The position numbers and the translations under genes were made by a program. The notes under the pieces were generated by a model that was not told where the DNA came from, searched no databases, and was given only the letters and a program-made list of their open reading frames with translations. A stretch of 64,000 bases of DNA from a virus. Where the stretch lies: positions 91,237 to 155,236 of the IMG/VR virus record IMGVR_UViG_3300025018_000101, one strand, 5' to 3'. Shown here piece by piece: positions 36,004-45,175 of the stretch (position 1 is its first letter; each line of letters starts with the position of its first letter).

Positions 36004-38544
36004 CTACGGCTTCAGGAAGCCGTGGTCGTACACGCCCGCCCGAAGGCGCGACGAGAGCAGCTTGTAGGCCGCCTGCAGGTCCGCCCACTCAGCGGGGAAC
36101 TGGTCGCGGAAGTAGTGTTTCAGCGCGTAAACACCGGCGTCCCACGCCCCCAGGTGCAGCTCCGGCCGCCCGGCCGCCCAGTCCTCCCGCCCGGGCACGG
36201 ACAAGTGCCACAGCGCCGTCAGGGCGTCGAGCACCGCCTGCGCGTCAGGCGACAGCTGGAGTTCCTGGAGCAGAGACGCCATGTACGGCGTCCCGGCCGC
36301 CTCCCACACCGCGACCGGCTCGGACGAGGGCTTCGGGACGAGGTACCCAGCGGGGAACTGCTTGCAGTCCCTGTAGAGGTTCTTCGTCCGCGGCGTGTCG
36401 AAGGCCGCGAGCACGTCCTGGCGAGAGAGCCAGAACATGTGGTTGCTGATGGTCCAGGCCTTGTCCTTGTACTGCACGGTGCGCATGGCCGTGCAGTTGT
36501 TGCTCGGGTGAAGCAGGGCGTAGACGTGGCAGTCGTTCACCCAGAGCTCGTAGGCGTCGGTGCCCTGACTGTGGGGCTCGAGGTACTCGTCCTTCTGGTT
36601 GAGCCAGGTCTCGGCGACGAGCTTGCGGGCGGCGAAGAGGGCGATGGCGCGGCGCCAGTTGTCGGGCGTCAGATCGAAGTGGCGGTGTCCCTTGTCCGTG
36701 GGCTTTCCGGCCAGTAGGTACACGTCCGTGCCGGAATTCATGACGTTGTTGCCCTTGTTGCACATGACGCCGAGCGCCCCTGGGCCCTGACCTGCGGTGT
36801 AGACCGACGCGAGGTCCCGCACCCGCAAGCCGCTGCTGAACTTCGGCGTGTCCGTGTCGGAGCCCCGGATCGGGGCGCTGACCCAGGAGGACGCGTCGTC
36901 CCCGTTCGGGCTGTACAGGCGCTTGTCGCCGACGTCGACGACCTCAAACGCCCGGACGTCCTTCACCTGCGCGTGGAAGGACCTCCCAGGGTCCGTGCCG
37001 GTCGAGTCCTCGTTCCAGGACCACACCGAGAACAGGACGCCCCACCTGTCGGAGACGCCCGCGAAGTGCGATGCCCGGAACAGCCAGAGCGCCTTCACGT
37101 CGTGGCACCGATACCACCACGTCCTGAAGGCGTGATAGGAGTCGGACGTCATGAAGGTCGGCGTCGAGAACTGCGCCACGACGTAGCTCTTGAACCCATA
37201 CCGCGCCGCGATCGCCACGCACTTGAACATGAACTGCGTGTAGAGCTGGCGCGAGGCCCTCCCAAACTTGAGGTCCTTGATGTCCTTCGACACCTGGCTG
37301 GACGTCGCCACGCCAGCGCGCGTGGCCCCTTTGGCGCCCGCCACCCCGTCCTCGGCGTACGGCGGGTTCATGAAGAACACCAGCTTCTTCCCCGCCGCGG
37401 CCGCAGTCTTGAGCGTCGCGTGCACCGACGCCGGCAGGCAGTTGACCATCTGCTCGTCCGCCTCGAAGAACGGCGACGGCGCGTCCTCGTTCAGGAAGTC
37501 GAACTGGAAGGTCAGGTGCCGGCTATCCTGCGTCTCCTTCAGCACCCGCACGTCCGACTTCTCGGCCGTGCTCAGGATGAGCGACGAGAACTGGCGGCCG
37601 CGCGTCAGGTTGCCCGTTCCGGCGGCCGGGTCCCACACCACGCACGTCTCCTTCCAGTCGTCCCCGAGCACGTCCTCGAGGGTCTTGTGCGCCTCGTTGA
37701 CCCACAGCTCGGGCGTGAAGAACGCCCCCTGCCGCCGACGGTGCTCGTCCTCCAGGAGCCGGTCCTTGACGGCGTAGATGGCGTCGACCTCCTCGGCGGT
37801 GTAGCCGGTGTCGAAGTGACTCATGAACCCGTCGAGCTGCTCCCGGTTGATGGGGACGCCGTTCGGGTAGTTCGGCGAGACCAGCACGCCCTTCTTCTTC
37901 GGGTGGGCGTAGACGTCGTCCGTCTTGAACAGCGCAGCCAGGAACAGGTCCGCAGCCTCCGACGAGGACAGCTCCGAGCGCGCGAAGACCCTGTCCTGCC
38001 AGTGCTGAAAGATGGCGCCGATGTTGTGCGGCGTCGCCCGGACGCGCGCGTGCTCCCCCAGGGCCAGCGCCTCGATGCGCGCCACGACCCCCGACAGGTC
38101 GGTGTCCGCGGTGACGTCGACGACCCACGGGTTGAGCGCGGCGTCATCGATGAGCGCCCGAGTGAGCGCAGGGTTCCCCTTGCTGGGCGCCCCGGCCCAG
38201 TTGATGTCGAGGTCGAGGAACTTCACGACGTCGGTGGTAGCGAGGGCGAGGCACTCGTTCTTGTCGCCGACGAGGATGACGTTCGGGAGCTCGTCGCCGG
38301 CGACGGCGAAGAGCTTCACGTACATGACGCACTGCCCGAGGACAGCGCAGAGGGCGGCCCGGGACTTGAAGTCCAGGTCGTACTTCGCCTCGAACAGGAG
38401 GCGGACGGGGCCCCAGCACAGGAGGCCGTCGGTCTTGTGCGGAGAGGAGACCTCCGCGTGAGTCATGGAGACGAGGGTCGACCGGTAGGCCGACTCGACG
38501 TCCTTCTCGGTCACCGCGGAGCGGAGACCCTTGAGCTTCGCCAT
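36004..38544 (-). CDS. Fused restriction endonuclease and amino-methyltransferase (Type IIG/IIL-like)
   Basis: N-terminal E...TDG...FEAK PD-(D/E)xK motif; GAFFTP, VWDPAAGTGNL and NPPY methyltransferase motifs; long C-terminal region (putative TRD). Confidence 0.85.
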   Translation of the reverse strand: MAKLKGLRSAVTEKDVESAYRSTLVSMTHAEVSSPHKTDGLLCWGPVRLLFEAKYDLDFKSRAALCAVLGQCVMYVKLFAVAGDELPNVILVGDKNECLALATTDVVKFLDLDINWAGAPSKGNPALTRALIDDAALNPWVVDVTADTDLSGVVARIEALALGEHARVRATPHNIGAIFQHWQDRVFARSELSSSEAADLFLAALFKTDDVYAHPKKKGVLVSPNYPNGVPINREQLDGFMSHFDTGYTAEEVDAIYAVKDRLLEDEHRRRQGAFFTPELWVNEAHKTLEDVLGDDWKETCVVWDPAAGTGNLTRGRQFSSLILSTAEKSDVRVLKETQDSRHLTFQFDFLNEDAPSPFFEADEQMVNCLPASVHATLKTAAAAGKKLVFFMNPPYAEDGVAGAKGATRAGVATSSQVSKDIKDLKFGRASRQLYTQFMFKCVAIAARYGFKSYVVAQFSTPTFMTSDSYHAFRTWWYRCHDVKALWLFRASHFAGVSDRWGVLFSVWSWNEDSTGTDPGRSFHAQVKDVRAFEVVDVGDKRLYSPNGDDASSWVSAPIRGSDTDTPKFSSGLRVRDLASVYTAGQGPGALGVMCNKGNNVMNSGTDVYLLAGKPTDKGHRHFDLTPDNWRRAIALFAARKLVAETWLNQKDEYLEPHSQGTDAYELWVNDCHVYALLHPSNNCTAMRTVQYKDKAWTISNHMFWLSRQDVLAAFDTPRTKNLYRDCKQFPAGYLVPKPSSEPVAVWEAAGTPYMASLLQELQLSPDAQAVLDALTALWHLSVPGREDWAAGRPELHLGAWDAGVYALKHYFRDQFPAEWADLQAAYKLLSSRLRAGVYDHGFLKP

Positions 38545-38620
38545 CAGTTTTCCTTGAGAGGGCGGCCGCCCTCGCGGACGGCCGGTGCTGCCCCCCCCCG
38601 GAGGGGGCAGGTCTTGGCGG

Positions 38621-39640
38621 TCAGCCCGCGAGGGGCTTCTTCGGGCGGCGAGCGGGGGCCTCCGCGACGAGGAGGGCCTCCAGCGCAGGGATCTGTCCGG
38701 CGACGTTGGCCAGGAACGGCTCGAGGACCACGCGCGTGGCCTCGGCGATGACCAGGGCGCACGCCTTGCTCACGAGGTCCTCCCGCGGGACCATCCCCGG
38801 GGCGTGCTCGATGAGGTAGAGCAGCGCGGCCGCGATGAGCGCCTGCGCGATGCGCCGGGTGTGCGGGTCCTTGAGCTGCTCGTCGGTCAGGAAGGGGAGG
38901 AACTGCTTGCCCGCCGCGAACACGACGTCCGCGACGCCGACGGCGACCGCCGTCGAAGCGCCCGTCTTGACGGAGTCGGCGATCGCCGCGGAGGCGGACT
39001 GGGGCAGGGGCTTGGTATCGGCCATGGGGGCCTCCTCATGAGATGGTGGTTGAACAGGCGTAACGGCGGGTACGGCCGTTCGCAGTGCCACGGTTGCGCG
39101 CACAGAGTCGCGCCGTTCGGGCGGCAGTTCCTGGGGTTGGACTTTGTACCCGTGGTACGCGCCCAGGAGCTCCCTGCTGGGGAGTACCGGGGCGCAGTAG
39201 TGTGCCAGTTGGTAGCTCGGCAGGAGTGCCCCCTTAGGAGGCAGGGCGCCCACCGTTTCCTCGGCGCGCATCCGCTCCCTGAGGTCCTTCCAGCCGCTGT
39301 AGTTGTCAACGACCGTGAGGAGATCCCAGTGCGTCTGACCCTCCGCCTTGACCTCGATGGCCTCTACGGCATACCGCGTCATGAACGCGTCGAGCGGGAG
39401 GTCCGTGACGATATACCCGTCACGGATGCTCAGGCCGCGGCGGGCGCCGGCAAGGCTGGGGTGTGCCCACCGTGCATTTGCGCAGAAGCTGGTCTCCCCA
39501 GACTCCCGCAGGACCTCCACCATGTACCGGTGAAGCGCCCCCGCCACTTCGTACACCCGTACGTGCCTGCCCGGGTCGTAGCGTTCGGGCGCGCCGACCG
39601 GGTGGACGCCGACTCCCGCCTTGTCGTCATCGGTGGTCAT
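38621..39640 (-). CDS. Hypothetical protein; possible internal start at 39025 (MADTKP)
   Basis: GAGGAGG RBS before the internal ATG. Confidence 0.5.
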   Translation of the reverse strand: MTTDDDKAGVGVHPVGAPERYDPGRHVRVYEVAGALHRYMVEVLRESGETSFCANARWAHPSLAGARRGLSIRDGYIVTDLPLDAFMTRYAVEAIEVKAEGQTHWDLLTVVDNYSGWKDLRERMRAEETVGALPPKGALLPSYQLAHYCAPVLPSRELLGAYHGYKVQPQELPPERRDSVRATVALRTAVPAVTPVQPPSHEEAPMADTKPLPQSASAAIADSVKTGASTAVAVGVADVVFAAGKQFLPFLTDEQLKDPHTRRIAQALIAAALLYLIEHAPGMVPREDLVSKACALVIAEATRVVLEPFLANVAGQIPALEALLVAEAPARRPKKPLAG

Positions 39641-39642
39641 AG

Positions 39643-40608
39643 TCACTCCCGGCCCTTGCCGGTGTATCGGCGCTCCAGGGGTCCGCGAAGCACCACTTCC
39701 ACGGCCGGCTTCTCCGGCTCCGAGACGTCTCCGGAGCCGCCGTCCCAGTGGTAGGTGCCGTCCGTGGCCGGTGGCGCAGCGTAGTGCCTCGTGCCGTAGC
39801 CCCGGGACATCCGGGGCAAGGGGCGCGCCTTGCCCCTCTCGGCCGCCTCCAGCCAGTGCCGCGTGAGCGACCTCACGGGGTATGGCGCCGAGAGCAACTG
39901 CTGGGCCGCCGCCGAGTTGCCCTTCCAGCTCTCGAGGTCGCGCAGTGCTCGCTGGAGGTAGGGCAGGTCGACGTCGTAGATCGTCTCCGTGACCCCCATG
40001 CGCTCGGTGGGGTCGTACGCAGGGTCCATCCAGCGCATGTGCGCGGCGGTGACGACCATGTTCAGAGCGCCGCCCTCCGGACGGGCATGCATCAGGTGCT
40101 GGAGCGATTTGGACCACTCGGTCGGGCCTGGCGCCTCGCGAGGCGCCGCCGATGCGTACTCATACAGCCACTCCGTGGCGGCTGCCGCCCACAGGTCGCC
40201 AAACCACCGAGGCACATCGTCGAGCGACATGACCCCCAGCAGCATGCCGTGGCCGACTTCGACCATTCCCGCCAAAGGTTCGGCGAGCCAGCGCGCGGCG
40301 AGTGCGCGGATGACCGGCGCGACGTCACCCGTCACGCTGATGAGCAGGTCGCCGGGCCCCATGTACAGGGGCGTCTCCTCGGGCACGAGGGTCAGGTCCT
40401 CGGCCGCCCAATAGGACGCCCGCCAGAGGCCTCCCCCCGTCAGCGGGTCCCAGTCCGAGCGTGCCACGCCCGCGATGCGCTCGTCCGCATCGGCGTCCAC
40501 GGTCGACCAGTCGAAGGCCAGGGACGCTTGAGACGACATGACACTGCGCTCCCACGCCCACGGGAGGAACCCGCGGACGCGCAGTTTCCCCCGCGGGACT
40601 TCACTCAT
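39643..40608 (-). CDS. Hypothetical protein
   Basis: ATGA overlap; typical codon bias. Confidence 0.6.
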   Translation of the reverse strand: MSEVPRGKLRVRGFLPWAWERSVMSSQASLAFDWSTVDADADERIAGVARSDWDPLTGGGLWRASYWAAEDLTLVPEETPLYMGPGDLLISVTGDVAPVIRALAARWLAEPLAGMVEVGHGMLLGVMSLDDVPRWFGDLWAAAATEWLYEYASAAPREAPGPTEWSKSLQHLMHARPEGGALNMVVTAAHMRWMDPAYDPTERMGVTETIYDVDLPYLQRALRDLESWKGNSAAAQQLLSAPYPVRSLTRHWLEAAERGKARPLPRMSRGYGTRHYAAPPATDGTYHWDGGSGDVSEPEKPAVEVVLRGPLERRYTGKGRE

Positions 40609-41123
40609 TCCTCCCCCTCCTGTCGGGGGGCCGCCGCCCAGAGCTGGCGAGGCCTTCGACTACTGGTGTCCTTCCCCGCTTTGACGACGTGGCCCTTGAT
40701 GAACAGGCCGTGCAGCCTGTCGAGGGTCGTCGAGGTGCCTCCGGCGCCCACGCCTCGGGAGGCGATGGCGTTGGCCGTCAGCGGCCCGTGCTCGAGCAGC
40801 GCGGCCATGATGGCCTGCTCTCGAGCGTTGTAGCCCCGTGGCGTCCCGTAGGACCGACCCCCCGACAGGGGGAACTCCGGCTCTGGCCAGACCCCTCGGT
40901 CAGCGACGCGGGCCCACAGGCGCGGTCTCGTCCCCTCGCAGGGAGCAAACCCCACGGCTTCGGCCATCCCCTCCCTCTTGCAGCACTCGACGGCGTACGT
41001 CGCCTCGGCCAGGCTCAGGCCCTGGGCCCGAGCGATGTCGGCGAGCGTGCTCGGCCCCGTGTCGCGCATGTGGACAAGGGCCTTGTCCATCAGAGCCAGC
41101 ACGCGGCCCGTTCTTTTAGCCAT
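40605..41123 (-). CDS. Tandem winged-HTH-like DNA-binding protein
   Basis: Two similar units, GPSTLADIA.. and GPLTANAIA.., each ending in a PRxLW-like motif. Confidence 0.6.
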   Translation of the reverse strand: MAKRTGRVLALMDKALVHMRDTGPSTLADIARAQGLSLAEATYAVECCKREGMAEAVGFAPCEGTRPRLWARVADRGVWPEPEFPLSGGRSYGTPRGYNAREQAIMAALLEHGPLTANAIASRGVGAGGTSTTLDRLHGLFIKGHVVKAGKDTSSRRPRQLWAAAPRQEGEE

Positions 41124-41578
41124 CACGACCTCCCGGTCTTGTAGCGCTCCCACCGGACGCGCTCCTGTGCATCGCCGTCGGTTCTCGGCCGCTTCGGCCG
41201 GTCCCACTGACGCTTGTCGACCCGTGCCGCCGGCACGAACCCGCTCGCCTTGAGCGAGGAGCCGGGCTCGGTGGCCAGGGTGTAGGTTACCACCCGGGTG
41301 TACCCGAGAGCGAACGCGGCACGCACGAGCGCGCCGTAGAGTTGGGAGCACCCGTTCGGCGTGTCCGGCAGGACGCACACTCGGGTGATCTCGGCTGTCG
41401 AGCCGTCCTGCAGCAAGCGAGCCACAGGGCGGCCGAGGATACCGACGCCGACCATGACGTCCGTCTCGTCGTCGTGCAGTGCCACCCCCACGATCCAGCC
41501 CTGCGGGGCCTTGCTGTGGCGGTGGTGCTCGGTGACGAAGGCCTTCGCCACGCGGTAGGTGGTGGGCTTCACGAGCAC
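41123..41578 (-). CDS. XF1762-like / Mom-like GNAT-fold protein
   Basis: AFVTEHHRH, GRPVAR, EITRVC, CSQLYGA and TYTL..EPGSSLKASG motifs. Confidence 0.75.
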   Translation of the reverse strand: MLVKPTTYRVAKAFVTEHHRHSKAPQGWIVGVALHDDETDVMVGVGILGRPVARLLQDGSTAEITRVCVLPDTPNGCSQLYGALVRAAFALGYTRVVTYTLATEPGSSLKASGFVPAARVDKRQWDRPKRPRTDGDAQERVRWERYKTGRS

Positions 41579-42342
41579 GGGTCCTCCTGTGCGGCAGCGG
41601 CCGTCGCCGCGGGGACGAAGAGAGAGAGGTCCTCCGACGGGGCCTCGACGGCGTTCGCGTACCAGTCGTGTACGAACGCGCGGTCGCCCCCGAGGGCAAC
41701 CATACCCTCCCGGAACAGCCACAGGAACTGCCCTGCCTCCGGCAGCCGAAAGCCCGCGTACATCGCAGCGCCCGGGTGCTCCGAGACGTAGTCCGACAGT
41801 CGCCTCAGCACGTACCGGAACCGGAACGCCCGGCGCCGGTGCTGCTTCTGCACGCGCCAGAACGCGTCCTGCCCTTCGATGAACAGGTTCCGCAGGTCGG
41901 GGGGGTACGGCGGGTCGCCGTAGGCGCACGACAGGTAGAGGACGTCGACCAGGAACTGGTCCTCCCTGTCCAGGCGCTGTAGGCACGGTGGCTGGGAGTC
42001 AGACGGGCCCCGGTCCAGGTAGACCGCTCGCATCGCGCTGATCGCGAAGTGCTTCATGGCGTCGGCGACGTTGCGCATGCCGTGCGCGTAGGGTACTCGC
42101 TCCCCGCGAGCCTTGTCCGTCCGCGCGCGCTCGCCGATGGCGCGTAGCGCCGCCTGTTGCTGCTGGAACGAGCGAGTCCGAATGAGCTGCGCCTCGTCCT
42201 GTGCGGCCGTCAACAGCGCCGGGTCGGCCGCCATCAGCCACGCCAGGAGCGTCGAATCCTCCGGGAGCAGAACGCGGGCGTGGTCCAGCACCATGCGCCG
42301 CATCCACACCGATTGCAGGCTCGGCGACAGTAGCGGCTGCAT
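41569..42342 (-). CDS. Hypothetical protein
   Basis: Typical codon bias; operon spacing. Confidence 0.6.
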   Translation of the reverse strand: MQPLLSPSLQSVWMRRMVLDHARVLLPEDSTLLAWLMAADPALLTAAQDEAQLIRTRSFQQQQAALRAIGERARTDKARGERVPYAHGMRNVADAMKHFAISAMRAVYLDRGPSDSQPPCLQRLDREDQFLVDVLYLSCAYGDPPYPPDLRNLFIEGQDAFWRVQKQHRRRAFRFRYVLRRLSDYVSEHPGAAMYAGFRLPEAGQFLWLFREGMVALGGDRAFVHDWYANAVEAPSEDLSLFVPAATAAAAQEDPCS

Positions 42343-42344
42343 GG

Positions 42345-42734
42345 TCAGCCACCTCCCTTCGGGGCGACGAGGAACCCTCGCACGTCAGGGCTCAGACCGA
42401 GCACCGTGTATCCGGCCGCTTCGAGCGCCTCCTGCAACGGCGCAGGCATCCCGTCGAAGATGTCCTGGCCCGCAAGCAGCGCGTCGGCCAACTCGATGTG
42501 CCGGGCGTTCCGAAGACCCCCGGCGCCGCGGTAGTTCTGGGCGTCGCACACCGCGTCCCAGGCGTCCTCGGTGCCCTCTGAGGCGTGGAAATGACGCGCG
42601 TCCTCGAGGGCTCGCAGGGTCCTGTCGACGTAGGCCAGGAGCGACAGGTAGAGGGCGTCGGTACGCAGCACCAGTCGCAGGGTCCGGCGCTGGTCTCGAG
42701 ACAGACGCCGAGTCGCGTCGTCGAGCAGTGTCAT
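42345..42734 (-). CDS. Hypothetical protein
   Basis: GAGGAGG RBS; ATGA overlap. Confidence 0.55.
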   Translation of the reverse strand: MTLLDDATRRLSRDQRRTLRLVLRTDALYLSLLAYVDRTLRALEDARHFHASEGTEDAWDAVCDAQNYRGAGGLRNARHIELADALLAGQDIFDGMPAPLQEALEAAGYTVLGLSPDVRGFLVAPKGGG

Positions 42735-43021
42735 GCCAGCCTCCTCGGCGCAGGGCCCTCGATGGAGACGGCCGAGCGTCCCCAGGGCGTGTGCGCCACC
42801 AGCGCGGTGCGTACCGACGCGAACACCTCACGGTCGGTCATGGCCGTCCGCACCGGGACTTCGCTCACGGGGTAGTGGCCGTACTCGTCCGGGTCGAGGT
42901 CGAAGTCATCGACCGTCGTAAGAGCCTCGTAGAGCGTCCTCGAGGCGTCGAGGTCATCCGGCTCGATGCCGGGCAGGGTGAACACCAGCGTGATCAGCCG
43001 GTAGGAAGAAGGCTTCTCCAT
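42731..43021 (-). CDS. Hypothetical protein
   Basis: GGAG RBS before MEKPSS. Confidence 0.5.
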   Translation of the reverse strand: MEKPSSYRLITLVFTLPGIEPDDLDASRTLYEALTTVDDFDLDPDEYGHYPVSEVPVRTAMTDREVFASVRTALVAHTPWGRSAVSIEGPAPRRLA

Positions 43022-44664
43022 GCGTACTCCATGATGTGGCGCCACGTCGAGCGAGAGACCGCCAGGGTTGAGGCCGCGCGCAAGTGGCGGAGGGCGACAC
43101 ACTTGTCACCCCGCAGGTCAGCTACCGTGCGCGCCACGCGCAGGATGCTCTCGAGGTCACTGTCGCCGAGACCGGACGTCTCGCTGAAGGTCCGCAGGAC
43201 CTTCGCGTGGCACCACTTCGCGTCTCGGAGGACCTCGATGGGGACGCGGCCGTTGGTCCTGCCGCGCCTGGCGACGGCCAGGCCTCGGAGCTTGACCACG
43301 AGCCGCTGCGCCGATGCGGTGTCGTGACCGGTAAGCCCCAGGGTCTCGAGCTCCCCGAGGAGGGGGTGCGTCGCGTCGATGCCGTCGTCCACGGCGATGA
43401 CGCCGCCTCGGGGGAAGAGTTCGTCGAGCTGCGCCCGGATGGGCGACAAGTGCGCCTCGGCCGCGGCCTGAGACAGGTCCTGCCCAGGACTGGGCCTGTA
43501 CGGCGTCGCAGTCGCGATGAGGCAGACGTCGCCAGCGGGCATATCCCTGGCGGAGGTGCCCGCGTCCAGCACCGTCCGCAGCGCACTGACAGCGGCGCGC
43601 TTGAAGAGGTGCACGTCGTCCAGGAACAGGACGCCGTGGTGGGCGAGCGTGACCTCGCCAGGCAGCACGCGCCCCCTCGAGTTCCCGGTGAGCGCGTCCA
43701 CACTGATGGTGTGGTGCGGCGCGCGGAACGGGCGACCTTGCCGGCGGGTCAGGCCTGCCACGGAGGCGACTCGTCGAATCTCCCACGTCTCGGAGTCGGT
43801 CAGCGGGGGCAGCAGCGACGGCGCCCTCCGAGCCAGCGCGACCGTGCCGTAGTCCCCGACCATCACCAGCGGGTGGTCCCCCGCCAGGGCGAGCACCATC
43901 GCGCCCTTCAGCGCGTCTCGACCCTTGACGTCGTCGAGCTCCGAGTAGACGTCCGGCTCCCGCGCCGGCGTACGTGTCCAGGGCACGGCGTCCTGGAGAC
44001 CGTGCATGGAGGCGATGAGTTCGTCCAGGTTGGACTCGGCGAACACGCGGATGCGGCCACGCGCGCCGTCGACCGCGTCCGCCGCCACGCCCGGCTCCCC
44101 GTTGTACGTCGCGGCCGCGACGACCAGCCCGGACATGTTGAAGTCGGCCACCGCCTCGGCCGCCGGGTACGCGCCCCGGACCGGCTCGAGGTAGCCCCCC
44201 AGTGACAGCCCGGCAGCGAACGCCACGTCCTTCCACGCCGGCGAGGCGGAGTCGACCTGGCCCGACGCCCGCAGCAGCGCGATGGCGAACCCCAGGTCCG
44301 ACACGTACGACGGCGTCAAGGGAGGCCCCTCGACCCCGAGCGTCACGTCCCCCTCCGGCCAGGACAGGCCCTCGGTGCTCCGGATGGCGTGCCTCAGGCG
44401 CACGGCCAGCTCCTTGGCGTCCCCGTCGCCCATACAGGGCACCGACACCGTCGGCGCCGTCGACCTGGCGATGGTGCACGTCACGCGCACCACGACGCCA
44501 CGGACGCCCTCGTGCCCGGCCACCCAGGCCGCCCCCTCCCCCGTCATCGGGTGGTTGGTCTTCGGCGTCCCCGTCAGGTAGGCGTCGAACTCCCTGGAGT
44601 CGTGCCCCAGGGTCGCCATCTCCCGCCACCGGTCCCCGATCCTGCCCTTGTCCTTTTCGGCCAT
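42994..44664 (-). CDS. ComM/YifB-like Mg-chelatase-family AAA+ protein with degenerate Walker motifs
   Basis: Lon-like N-domain (DLGFAIALL, LSLGGYLEPVRG); RPFRAPHHTIS; PGEVTLAHHGVLFLD; ILRVARTVADL. Confidence 0.85.
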   Translation of the reverse strand: MAEKDKGRIGDRWREMATLGHDSREFDAYLTGTPKTNHPMTGEGAAWVAGHEGVRGVVVRVTCTIARSTAPTVSVPCMGDGDAKELAVRLRHAIRSTEGLSWPEGDVTLGVEGPPLTPSYVSDLGFAIALLRASGQVDSASPAWKDVAFAAGLSLGGYLEPVRGAYPAAEAVADFNMSGLVVAAATYNGEPGVAADAVDGARGRIRVFAESNLDELIASMHGLQDAVPWTRTPAREPDVYSELDDVKGRDALKGAMVLALAGDHPLVMVGDYGTVALARRAPSLLPPLTDSETWEIRRVASVAGLTRRQGRPFRAPHHTISVDALTGNSRGRVLPGEVTLAHHGVLFLDDVHLFKRAAVSALRTVLDAGTSARDMPAGDVCLIATATPYRPSPGQDLSQAAAEAHLSPIRAQLDELFPRGGVIAVDDGIDATHPLLGELETLGLTGHDTASAQRLVVKLRGLAVARRGRTNGRVPIEVLRDAKWCHAKVLRTFSETSGLGDSDLESILRVARTVADLRGDKCVALRHLRAASTLAVSRSTWRHIMEYAWRSLLPTG

Positions 44665-44703
44665 ACGGCCTCCCAGTTGTTGAAGCCCTCACGAAGGCGA
44701 GGG

Positions 44704-44730
44704 CGAGGCAACTCCTTGTGCCACTGACTC
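44704..44730 (-). promoter_or_regulatory. Phage-specific upstream motif GAGTCAGTGGCACAAGGAGTTGCCTCG
   Basis: 24/27 identical to 55624-55650(+). Confidence 0.7.
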
Positions 44731-44779
44731 GTTGGGGCGCCCGGAACTAAAGAAGAGGCGCCGGAGCGCCCCCCCATCC

Positions 44780-44862
44780 GCCGCCGCCCTACTTGCCGTA
44801 GGGCGGCGACCACCCAGCCGCCGCCCTACGGCAAGTAGGGCGGCGACCACCCAGCCGCCGCC
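44780..44862. repeat. 37-bp tandem palindromic units with inverted loops, forming a 27-bp perfect inverted repeat
   Basis: CGCCGCCCTAC-TTGCC-GTAGGGCGGCG followed by CGCCGCCCTAC-GGCAA-GTAGGGCGGCG. Confidence 0.9.
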
Positions 44863-45053
44863 AGCATGGGCGGGAGCCCATGCTGGCGCGGTGGGTGGGT
44901 CACGGTCCGCAGCGCCACTCGCGCTGCGGACCGGGCGATCCGGGCGTGCTCGAGGGTTTCCCCGAGCACGCCCCGCGCCAGCAGGGACTGGAGGTCGCGC
45001 TCGGCGACCTCCAGCTCCGCCCGGAGCTGGTCGATGGTTTTCTTCTGGGCCAT
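44826..45053 (-). CDS. Small coiled-coil hypothetical protein
   Basis: AAGGAGGGCCGTATG start context. Confidence 0.55.
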   Translation of the reverse strand: MAQKKTIDQLRAELEVAERDLQSLLARGVLGETLEHARIARSAARVALRTVTHPPRQHGLPPMLAAAGWSPPYLP

Positions 45054-45144
45054 ACGGCCCTCCTTGCCCCAACGGGGCACAGTGGGAGTCCCGACATGGG
45101 ATGCCCGTTTTTACCTCATAATTACAGTATGCACTCTAATCTAA

Positions 45145-45170
45145 AGAATGCCCCCCGGGATTGGGGGGCG
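45145..45170 (-). terminator. Rho-independent terminator
   Basis: GCCCCCCAATCCCGGGGGGC followed by ATTCTTT; a similar hairpin sits at 48936-48960. Confidence 0.6.
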
Positions 45171-45175
45171 TCGGG

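Noticed and set aside
44704-44730. Canonical sigma54 promoter
   Set aside because: Spacing is GG-N11-GC rather than the strictly required GG-N10-GC; kept as a phage-specific motif instead
44780-44862. 37-bp periodic repeat as a CRISPR or TIGR array
   Set aside because: Only about two units, no unique spacers, and no cas or Nop-domain gene
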